NCBI GenBank assembly: GCA_965644295.1
Contig: CBFFRP010000052.1
Location: 21,721-85,720 of the forward strand
Direction: 5' to 3'
From: Paraphysomonas bandaiensis
Taxonomy: Eukaryota > Protista > Chrysophyceae
DNA length: 64,000 nt
Positions 51,628 through 62,349 of the stretch are shown in pieces. The stretch's first letter is position 1; each line of letters opens with the position of its first letter. The position numbers were made by a program, and so were the translations under genes. The notes under the pieces were generated by a model. It did no database searches. It saw nothing but the letters and a program-made list of their open reading frames with translations, and was not told the DNA's origin.

Positions 51628-53713
51628 ATAATTCTCTGCCCTACGATGGCAAATACAGTCCAACATAAAGTTTCACTCTATTAACCAGCTCCAAGCCCAA
51701 TGTCTCTATTGAAACTGTGGCTGAGTCACATCAGTGTGCCCAGGGCCTTTTACACTCCCTTACTGCTGCATTTTGTTGACCACCACGCTTCCGACAAATT
51801 ACCTGTCACACCATGTTGTACACGCTCCAAGCCCCCCTGCCTGGCCTTGCAACCTTCACCCTACTCAACTACTTCAGTTAAACCACGTGCCTGCACCAAT
51901 GCAGCGCTGACCGCACCTACGTGCTATCCCCTCAGCAGACAACTTCGTCTCACCCATCGCTTTCTACGGCTACAACCTCTCAGAACATGGCTCGTGCGAG
52001 CAGGCTCACGAAAACGACCCCCATGGACCCCCTATGCAATCACTGAATACTCTCGATCCCTCTCAACTGTGCAACAGGGCTGCCTTCTGCCGCCCACTCA
52101 ACCCAACCCAACATGGTTTGTCTGTGGTCCATCCACCCAGCAGGCTACCCCCTCACCCTGTTCACCTATCACCCCCACAGCCCATCCATCTCATTGGATA
52201 GACACTGTATTCCGCATACGGTATACTCGACTACTGTACTACTGTGTCCTACAGGATGTATACCATTCCGTGTATACCTCTACTGCTGTTGGACACATCA
52301 CCATGTCCATGTACCTGTCTACCTGTACTGTTGGACACATCACCATGTCCATGTACCTGTCTACCTGTACTGTTGGACACATCACCAGCTCTCTCTCACT
52401 GTCCAACACACTCATAACACCACTGCAGTGTCATACACACACACAGTACACTCTACCTCCTCCTAGAAAACCCCCAGACAAACTATCGCCTCTCCCTTAC
52501 TGGGCGTATTGGTCCACCCACTATTCCTCCTTCCTTCCACAAACTCAATTCCTTCCATCTTATGATGTGTTTTGCTCCAACGATCACTTCTTCCTGGACA
52601 CCAAATACCCGGTGGAGTTGGAACTACACGCGCTACTCGAGAGAATTCCTGACTTCGTCATCATGCGTCTCCAAAATGTGTTGCAATGTCATTCCAAGGG
52701 AATGCAAGGAGTCCACCGTGCCAGGTCCATCAACCATCCCTCCCACGCCCTTCAGGGGAAGGAATTCTCCTCCGATAACAGCGGTGACGGACCTAGCAAA
52801 TCCACCCACACATTACCCTTATCCACTAAGGATGCCACCACACCGTATGCAACGTTATTTGACTATTTCCCAGTCAAACGGAAGCCACCTACCACCAACC
52901 CTACTCAACTGAACACCATGGGAACTCCAGCATTAGCCCCAGACGGCCCATCCTCACTCTCCACTACCACTCCTGACCTCAGGCCGGATGTACTGCCCAA
53001 GGATATTGCCACATACCCCCTACACTACACAGAGGGCCGGGGTCACACGCCCTTTCACTCCGATCTGCTGAACAACTGGGTTAGATATGATGAAACCCAA
53101 ACCATTGCTGCCTCCCCACAGGGAAACCTTTTAAAAGAAATATACGCACACATGCTATCCCCTGCCTGTTTAGACATATGGGAAGGATTCATAGCCAAGG
53201 CTTCCAGGACGGACAACTATGATCTCATGATATCATTCACGCTACCAGAGCACAAATTGGACACCACGCACAGCGCCCTACTAGTTGCCCAGCATCTCGC
53301 GAATGGCAACAAACCCTGGGCAGACTCCACTCATGTTGTATCTAGGCATGTGCGGACCCTTTGCCTGACACATCTGGAACTAGGTGCACTCAGGACCCTA
53401 ATTCAGAATGCTGAGCCCCCTCCAAAACCAATGGAGACCCATCCCAAAGGGAGACCCCCAGATCAAAAGCGCCGGTGAGTCCACGGACACACGATAAAGG
53501 CGAATTTCATATCACACAAAAAGAACGGAAGTGGTTGCACCTTGGTGCTTGCGGCGACGCACAAGCAGCTTTCGTAGCGTTAAATAGTAGGATAAAAGAG
53601 TTTGTATTGATTAGTTACGGGTAGTGGTCTAACTAGTATGACTAGCATTCTACTAGCCACTAATTGATGCAAGGTCTCAACGCCTATTGCTAAATAATCA
53701 GACATTCACTACT
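51628..53713 (+). mobile_element. 2.1-kb retroposed insertion of the same 3'-end family carrying a 592-aa ORF (51700-53478)
   Basis: Perfect 13-bp TSD AGGTGAACAGCCT (51615-51627, 53714-53726); 53525-53713 matches the 3' part of copy 1; the ORF is C-rich and Pro-rich with no RT motif. Confidence 0.82.
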
Positions 53714-54005
53714 AGGTGAACAGCCTTAAGGGAAGATTTAACAATAATCAACAGAATCACTTGTTAGCTATGCGGGATCTTAACTGTCTGAGCTGTAAGG
53801 ATCACTTGAGAGCTATAGAATTTCGCCACAACACATAAATCGCAACCAGATATATGTCATTGCAAGTAATATATGCACAGTATGTATGGCTTCAGATTAG
53901 TATATCCTTATTAGAAAATATCAGTGGTCAATCGTATTTTCGAAAGAATAGTTGAAAAAATTTATCATAAGTTCACATTAAATTGTTAATGAAGAAGAAA
54001 ACTAC

Positions 54006-55016
54006 CTAAAAACAGTGCGGAGTAAGGACGCCATCCAGAACGCGTTTATAAGCATGTGTAGTATTGCCATCAAAATTCATATCCACATGCAATGGTACTG
54101 TGAGCTCTTCGTAGGGTACAATATCTCTAGTTGCAGTAAAAGCTATAAACATGGACAATGCACATTTATCTAATGTAACTTCTCCTAACCCAGTTTCATC
54201 ATACCAGCTGTATATTAAATTAGCATCCGATATTAGTCCTCTAGGTGCCTGATACATAGCGCCATTGCCAAGCAATAGCAGTGCTCCCCGGACATTGTCT
54301 AAAGTCTCTCTGTACCACACATACTGACTCAACCTGTTACCTAAAGTTCGACTCACTGGAAGTATAAGTGCTCGTGCAACCTCTACAACCTCCCCCAGCC
54401 TAATATGACGAGTAGTATATACGCGGTCACGATATATGCGTATAGATGTTCGCAAACAACCCGGAAATATAGTTCCAATCGCGTGGTTTGAATTGGAAGG
54501 AGTGTTGACAAGTGGAACATGTCGTTGAAGAAACCAAAGTTCTGTCCCATACGAAGCAAATATCTCGGATCCTCTTTTTATGTTGCGAACAGCTTTGACA
54601 TCGAATACTAACTGCGGAGTTGCACCCTTTCGTTTGCTCGTTATGAAACGTGGATTGATAAATTTTACATCATATGTTGCGTTATGATTGTACATCAACG
54701 CGTAACCGAATATAACATCGTCCATGTCGGGGACATGAGAGGCAGCATAGTATTCAATCATTGTTTGAGATGTATAATTCATATGAACCATAACGGCACG
54801 AGGGCTCTCAATAATCTCTCCTGCACGATAGTCTCTCCCTGCAATCACCCCCACCCCGTCTATCACTTCGTTTCTACCTAGAAGCAACCTGCATTCATGA
54901 AGCTCCACGGGAGTAATGTGGAGATGTATGCTGTATAGAAATAACAGAAGGGATGGGAGCGATATGCTTGGCAAATTGGGACGACTGTAGGCCGCGGTAT
55001 CTAGGAGTGGATGCAT
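54006..55016 (-). CDS. Tandem SET-domain protein with an N-terminal hydrophobic segment
   Basis: GVGVIAGRDYRAGEIIE; GYALMYNH; AVRNIKRGSEIFASYG; second degenerate SET (YTTRHIRLGEVVE...GNGAMY...ATRDIVPYEELTV). Confidence 0.85.
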   Translation of the reverse strand: MHPLLDTAAYSRPNLPSISLPSLLLFLYSIHLHITPVELHECRLLLGRNEVIDGVGVIAGRDYRAGEIIESPRAVMVHMNYTSQTMIEYYAASHVPDMDDVIFGYALMYNHNATYDVKFINPRFITSKRKGATPQLVFDVKAVRNIKRGSEIFASYGTELWFLQRHVPLVNTPSNSNHAIGTIFPGCLRTSIRIYRDRVYTTRHIRLGEVVEVARALILPVSRTLGNRLSQYVWYRETLDNVRGALLLLGNGAMYQAPRGLISDANLIYSWYDETGLGEVTLDKCALSMFIAFTATRDIVPYEELTVPLHVDMNFDGNTTHAYKRVLDGVLTPHCF

Positions 55017-55308
55017 TAAGCAGGTGAGTAGATACCTTCACCGGATATAGAGCAGATATCCATGGATATACATGTTTTCCTGCCTATCATCCATATCCGG
55101 ATATCGTCGCAGTCTATCAATTCCTACTATGTATCGAAAATAAATTGAAGCAAATATTCTCTATATTACTGCAATACAACTACGGCTGGAATACAGATAA
55201 TTGTTGTCTCAATATTAGAGGCATCTTTGAACAAAAATATACAAAGGAGGCCGATACTTACTACGAATTCCTACGCACAAACAAACTACTGTATGTACAT
55301 ATGTACAT

Positions 55309-55310
<2 letters not shown>

Positions 55311-55340
<30 letters not shown>

Positions 55341-55871
55341 TGTATGTATGTATGTATGTATGTATGTATGTATGTATGTATGTATGTATGTATGTATGTA
55401 TGTATGTATGTATGTATGTATGTATGTATGTATGTATGTATGTATGTATGTATGTATGTATGTATGTATGTATGTATGTATGTATGTATGTATGTATGTA
55501 TGTATGTATGTATGTATGTATGTATGTATGTATGTATGTATGTATGTATGTATGTATGTATGTATGTATGTATGTATGTATGTATGTATGTATGTATGTA
55601 TGTATGTATGTATGTATGTATGTATGTATGTATGTATGTATGTATGTATGTATGTATGTATGTATGTATGTATGTATGTATGTATGTATGTATGTATGTA
55701 TGTATGTATGTACTGTATGTATGTATGTATGTATGTATGTATGTATGTACTGTATGTATGTATGTATGTATGTATGTATGTACTGTATGTATGTATGTAT
55801 GTATGTATGTATGTATGTATGTATGTATGTATGTATGTATGTATGTATGTATGTATGTATGTATGTATGTA
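55311..55871 (+). repeat. (TATG)n array, about 560 bp, with three TAC interruptions
   Basis: Directly visible. Confidence 0.99.
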
Positions 55872-55955
55872 CAGCACGTATATGGATGGATGTCCAATTG
55901 TACTATTCCTCATAGATCCCTTCGGACCACTGTCAACAGCCCTGATTCAAAACCA

Positions 55956-56612
55956 ATGAATTTTCTGGCTGGATCAGATGGCCCTGATGGCCCTGAGAAT
56001 ATATGGATTGCCTGCAGTGATGGTGAGATAGGGCGTGTGACAGGTATTTATGTGCGTATGTGCGCAAGTGCTGCTGATGTTTGTTCATAGAGCTGTTGCA
56101 GCGAGGACAGGATGTCAACGCTCAGGATGAGAATGGATATTCTCCAATGTGAGTAGTGTGCAGTTGTTTTGTGTTTCAACCTATCAGTGTAATCTATTTC
56201 ACTGTGCAGTCACGCTGCTGTGAGCTATGGGCACATGCAGCTCGTGGAGCTGCTTCTCTCTGGTAAGTAGCTATTAAGATTTTCATTCCGCCAGCGATGA
56301 ATCATTTTTATAGCTGGTGCCAATGTTAATATCAAAGATATTGATGGGGATACACCGTTGCATATATGCGAAAAGCCAGAAGTGGCAGAATATCTCATTA
56401 TGAATGGTGCCGACACGTCTGCATTGAATAACCACGGTCAGTCCGTTTACGAACAAGCAGTTGAATTAGAAAACGATGAAATGATACAATTTTGGGCGAA
56501 ACGATTTGGAATTACAGTTTCATTCAAAGAAGAAGAGCATTCACATCTTGAAGGCGTGCCTGAGGAAGTTATTGACACTGCTGATTCAGCAAATACAGAG
56601 AACTCAAATTAG
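55956..56612 (+). CDS. Small ankyrin-repeat protein (resembles the yeast YCR051W type); introns 56044-56090, 56149-56209 and 56263-56313
   Basis: Spliced product NIWIACSDG...VNAQDENGYSPIHAAVSYGH...GANVNIKDIDGDTPLH. Confidence 0.9.
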
Positions 56613-57514
56613 TGCAATGGAATATACCGTTTAGTATTGTGGGCCATATTTTTTCTGTGGTTCTCTTGGACTCTTTGTTGTTGCTCCTGTACTCAGTTTT
56701 GTGATGTCTCTTGATGAGTAGTTAACAATTATACTCAATTTTCCTTCATGAAGCTGATCGAACCAGGGAAAGGGAGAAATATATTGCAGTAGTAATATGT
56801 TAGCTACCTTCCCAACAATAGTACTGTCATACCCTTCTAACTGGTGCAACAACACTATTGCGATCTAGTAATACACTCACACACAACATTTCAAAAAAAC
56901 TCTTTCTAGTTTTCTCTCATCATGAATGAGCAGCTGAATACATGTGCCCATGCATTCTATTTTATTTCTAGTGATTAAGATCTCAGCGTCGTTTCCAAAC
57001 AAAGTTAATGTATTGCTTATTTATTTGCGATTTTATCCTCTGAGCTATCATAGGCAGGCTCGCGTACTGGTGAGAGGCAGGACTAGGGAACAATATATTG
57101 TAAAATATATCGATAGGTGGACTGGCCTAATATTTCATCAATATTATTTCTGTTAAACTAGCTCACAATATATGCAATTAATAATTTAATTGCCATATAA
57201 AAATCTTCTCAACTGTAGGATGCAATATATGTGTCCATTGTCCATTTATTTATACATATATCAAACCTTTTAAAATTATTTTCTAGTGTTTACTTATCGC
57301 TCGCTCTGAACTGCTCTACACATGTACACTGCTTCTCTTAATGTAATATACAATATACAATATACAATATATATCACATGTATTATACTAATACGAAGAG
57401 ACGCCTGAACGATGAATGCTCACAAAATAGAGATATTTACAGCTGCTTTTGGTGTCAGACTGAAATCGTACTGTCAATGAACTCACCTGTAGCAAAGAAA
57501 AGAGAATCGAATGG

Positions 57515-57725
57515 TTGCAAAGCCACGTTATCGAACGGGAAGCATGTACAACATGGTAAGACAAGGTGTTTGTCGGCAGTGTGGTGTGATACAAAATACA
57601 GCCATGCGTGGGGAGGAGAAGACAATCTGAGCCTGGACCCGCCGATGTAACACAACCACGGTCTCAACTGAGACATTTAGCTTGGTGCGAGCTAAGAAGG
57701 TGTAACTTTTTGTTGAACTGTTAAG
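57515..57725 (-). mobile_element. Diverged fragment homologous to the 5' part of the 51628-53713 element
   Basis: MSQLRPWLCYI...HHTADKHLVLPCCT...ALQP versus MSLLKLWLSHI...HHASDKLPVTPCCT...ALQP; upstream ACAGTTCAACAAAAAGTT also shared. Confidence 0.7.
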
Positions 57726-58074
57726 AGAATGAAAGGTCTATATCGCTCTACTATTGTCCACACAATATAATAGCGTTATATTTTTGTGCGTATCAATAGT
57801 AATCATATTATGCCTTTTAGCGGCTCAGAGCGCTCCGTTTCCCTGCCCTCCTTCTGTACGTAGCAATTGTGGTGCGCTACTATTAATCATGGTCTTAGTT
57901 TTGTAATAAAATTGAGTGTTTATCAATCCTCCCACTATATGGTCACATGCAGGAAGTACGAGAAAAATATCAAAATGAGCAGGAGTCAACTATCGAGGTA
58001 TTTCTAGATTCTAGACCCTTGTTCTTTTAACACTGCCCTGGTTATTCCTTTATAATTTAACGTAATTATTTAAC

Positions 58075-58430
58075 GAACTCTAAGAAAGAATTATAACTAT
58101 TAATCTAAACTTTTCACATCATGTTCATGAAACATCTGTTCTCAATAACATCGTTTACTGTATGCTCACCAATCCTATATCCTTAGATGCCTTATATAGA
58201 CATCAGGGGCGCGAAACAATTAATTGGAAAGATTGTAGTCAATTATAAGTGCAATTATTACTTGCGGTCCCAATTAATTGATACACAGCCCTGACAGACA
58301 TCCAGAACTACTTTTACTTCCTTTGTAACTATATTCACCCATTACAACTATGGGTTGCTTTCATCTCTTGTACACTATTAACCCACTTCAAGTGCACAAC
58401 ATAACTTATACTATCCAGCAGAACTTAACA
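58075..58430 (-). mobile_element. Solo-LTR-like relic interrupted by a MITE
   Basis: Minus strand starts TGTTAAGTTCTGCTG; colinear with 19019-19295. Confidence 0.65.
58204..58293. mobile_element. 90-bp hAT-like MITE
   Basis: CAGGG...CCCTG ends; internal CAATTAATTG inverted motifs; 8-bp TSD ATAGACAT/ACAGACAT. Confidence 0.7.
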
Positions 58431-58612
58431 TGACGCAAGTTTTCATCCACTTGACAAGGTTGCAAAATACATCGTATATTACATTTTCAAAGTATACCAA
58501 AAACCTATTTGAACTCACGCTTAATAAATGTATGGCCTAAAGAATGGAAACAAAGTGATGTCAAATTATGAAGTCTACAAGCATAAAATTTTCACGTTCA
58601 GAGAGTACCCAT

Positions 58613-60328
58613 CTACGTCTTTTCGAGTAAATATATCTTACCAGGAAGGGGGACTGACACTTCTGTCCGGACTACGATATCACGCATCTCTACTAAATTA
58701 AAGCCAAACCGCTCGACTAGATTCATAATATATCTATGGCTGTGCGCAAATCGTGCTGACGTCAGCATTTGAACACCATGAATATACTTGAGATCCTCAT
58801 ATCCACACACCTCTTCTAAATAAGTAGTACGTGGCACCGGAACTTGTTCTGATTTTTTCATTGGAGATGCATCCAAATCTTCAGTAGAAAACAAGAAAAG
58901 ACCCCCGCAACAGAGTGTCTGGTGAGCAAGCGCAAAAACTTCACCCAATTGACCAACATAGAGAAACGTATCTGCCGCCACGATAAGGTTCATCGCCAAC
59001 TCATTCGACTCCTTCGTCGAAGATGCAAACGTCTCGAGACATTCTTTCAGGTCTGCACAGTGACAAGAGGTGTAACCACCGTTCTTCATAGCCAACTCAA
59101 TCATTTGAGAAGAAACATCGATCCCTATGAATGCGGGGCCCTTCAAACGACTGGCCTCCAGTAGTGTTGTGCTTGTACCCTGCGCAGTACAAGACGGCGA
59201 AGAAATTTCTCCAAACGCTCTCCCGCATAAGCCAGAGCCACAACCCAGGTCCAAAACTCTCCACCCACCACAAGGAGGAATGTTATTGCTGTCACGACTA
59301 TAATTCGTATTATTTCCTCTTGGCATTCCTCCAAGCGCCCCGAAAGAATGGAGCATCTCACGCATAGTCCAGGGACATGTGTAACCGAGATCCTCAACCA
59401 AACGCTGCTCGAACACAGGGGCCATGTCATCGAATATTCGGCGCGCATATTCGGGATCCACTGAAGTACAGTACCCTTCCCCTATGGTATAAATGTGATC
59501 AGAGTTAAGTAAGGAATGAGTTCGAATACAGCTCTATTCAGAAAACTAATGAAGTAGGTTACTATATTACATTCATCTACACATATTACCAGTTAATGCT
59601 GCCAATTTGTGTCGTGCTACCACGCTACCTGCCGCAGCAAGGCGTCTGTAGGTAACTACACACGCCGGTCTAGTGTCATCGGATTGAGCTAATGCCCACA
59701 GAAATGCATTCGAGATCATGTCGTCAGGATTTCGCAACAAGAGCTTCAAAACAGAATATTAAATCTTTATAAATCTATAGAGAAGCATACTTTCTCCACA
59801 AAAGCAATTGAAAGGATAGGAAAGCCATGCATATGCAGGATACTCGACATATTAAACAATGCATCGCAGTGATCAGGCGTAGCGTTCAGGACACATTGGA
59901 AACTGCCAAAACAAAATAAATAAGCGCACCATATTGCTATTTACATACCACTCTACTGCTCTAATATAACGGCCATCATTACTAGCAGCTATTCCAGAAG
60001 AAAACAGTTGACTGCAATCATCTTTGACGTCAGGCACAGCAGATTCGAAGGCACATGATTCAACAACAGCCCCTGTGGCGTCGCACACCACTCTCCACGG
60101 CAACGACACCACTGAATACCTGACTAGATCTTTTGAAACCTCTGATGCATCAGTGTGGATAGAAGAGACACATGCTGCGGGTATTCTATCCGCATAGGAC
60201 TCATCATCCGATTGAAGGATATCCGTCACGCTGACGACATTAATAGCACGAGATAAAGTGCTATGCTCCTTCAGCCAACTGTCAACAAATGATTTGGGCA
60301 TCCAATTTCCAATAAACAGTATATCCAT
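58613..60328 (-). CDS. Class I SAM-dependent methyltransferase with an upstream TPR-like region (multi-exon)
   Basis: YARRIFDDMAPVFEQRLVEDLGY..P; VLDLGCGSGLCG; GIDVSSQM; IVAADTFLYVGQL; RFAHS. Confidence 0.85.
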
Positions 60329-60385
60329 GATACAGGAGAAAGCTGTAAGCGAACTCCTACACAATGTGATATGGAAGAAGAAGAC

Positions 60386-61416
60386 TATGTATGTATGTAT
60401 GTATGTATGTATGTATGTATGTATGTATGTATGTATGTATGTATGTATGTATGTATGTATGTATGTATGTATGTATGTATGTATGTATGTATGTATGTAT
60501 GTATGTATGTATGTATGTATGTATGTATGTATGTATGTATGTATGTATGTATGTATGTATGTATGTATGTATGTATGTATGTATGTATGTATGTATGTAT
60601 GTATGTATGTATGTATGTATGTATGTATGTATGTATGTATGTATGTATGTATGTATGTATGTATGTATGTATGTATGTATGTATGTATGTATGTATGTAT
60701 GTATGTATGTATGTATGTATGTATGTATGTATGTATGTATGTATGTGTATGTATGTATGTATGTATGTATGTATGTATGTATGTATGTATGTATGTATGT
60801 ATGTATGTATGTATGTATGTATGTATGTATGTATGTATGTATGTATGTATGTATGTATGTATGTATGTATGTATGTATGTATGTATGTATGTATGTATGT
60901 ATGTATGTATGTATGTATGTATGTATGTATGTATGTATGTATGTATGTATGTATGTATGTATGTATGTATGTATGTATGTATGTATGTATGTATGTATGT
61001 ATGTATGTATGTATGTATGTATGTATGTATGTATGTATGTATGTATGTATGTATGTATGTATGTATGTATGTATGTATGTATGTATGTATGTATGTATGT
61101 ATGTATGTATGTATGTATGTATGTATGTATGTATGTATGTATGTATGTATGTATGTATGTATGTATGTATGTATGTATGTATGTATGTATGTATGTATGT
61201 ATGTATGTATGTATGTATGTATGTATGTATGTATGTATGTATGTATGTATGTATGTATGTATGTATGTATGTATGTGTATGTATGTATGTATGTATGTAT
61301 GTATGTATGTATGTATGTATGTATGTATGTATGTATGTATGTATGTATGTATGTATGTATGTATGTATGTATGTATGTATGTATGTATGTATGTATGTAT
61401 GTATGTATGTATGTAT
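60386..61416 (+). repeat. (TATG)n array, about 1030 bp
   Basis: Directly visible. Confidence 0.99.
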
Positions 61417-61687
61417 TGTGGCATGAAACCCCAGCCTTTTGGGAAAACCGTGGGTTTTTAGATTTGCGATCACTCTCCTTCAGGGTTTGCCTTGGGCACG
61501 TCCCTTCAGGATCGTGATATAGTGATAGGCAGTTGCTTCATGCCAGCCTATACATACATGATTCTTATATACATAATAACCATGTATTCCTAGTCTTCTT
61601 TCTCTTGGTGTCTGTCAGCTATAATATCGATATTTAGTCATACTGATGTCTAAAAGAGTTAGGAAATGAAAACGCGTTTTAGAACAA

Positions 61688-62289
61688 GAGTGTGAGGGGG
61701 TTCCTGAGGAACCGAGACCCTCCAGTGTGATGGAAGGGAAGGAGGCAGGGGCCTCCGACCGAGAACTTCCAAAGAGTGTTTTAGATTATGAGAGTGAGGG
61801 GGCTTTTGAGGAGCCGATAACCTCCAGTGTGATGGAAGGGAAGGAGGCAGGGGCCTTCGACCGAGAACTTCCAAAGAGTGTTTTAGATTATGAGAGTGAG
61901 GGGGCTTTTGAGGAGCCGATAACCTCCAGTTCAACAGAAGGGAAGGAGGCAGGGGCCTCCGACCGAGAACTTCCAAAGAGTGTTTTAGATTATGAGAGTG
62001 AGGGGGCTTTTGAGGAGCCGATAACCTCCAGTTCAACAGAAGGGAAGGAGGCAGGGGCCTCCGACCGAGAACTTCCAAAGAGTGTTTCAGATTATGAGAG
62101 TGAGGGGGCTTTTGAGGAGCCGATAACCTCCAGTTCAACGGAAGGGAAGGAGGCAGGGGCCTCCGACCGAGAACTTCCAAAGAGTGTTTTAGATTATGAG
62201 AGTGAGGGGGCTCTTGAGGGGCCGATAACCTCCAGTTCAACGGAAGGGAAGGAGGCAGGGGCCTCCGACCGAGAACTTCCAAAGAGTGG
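61688..62289 (+). repeat. 102-bp tandem repeat, about 6 copies, upstream of the Gypsy protease
   Basis: Unit encodes EGKEAGASDRELPKSVLDYESEGAFEEPITSSST. Confidence 0.97.
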
Positions 62290-62349
62290 TTCGTATGGAA
62301 AATACTCCAAAGGTGAGTTCTGCGAATTATACTCGGATGTCATGGGTTG

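Noticed and set aside
61605-61620. TGGTGTC as a primer-binding site
   Set aside because: Not adjacent to the putative LTR end, and no tRNA match can be verified
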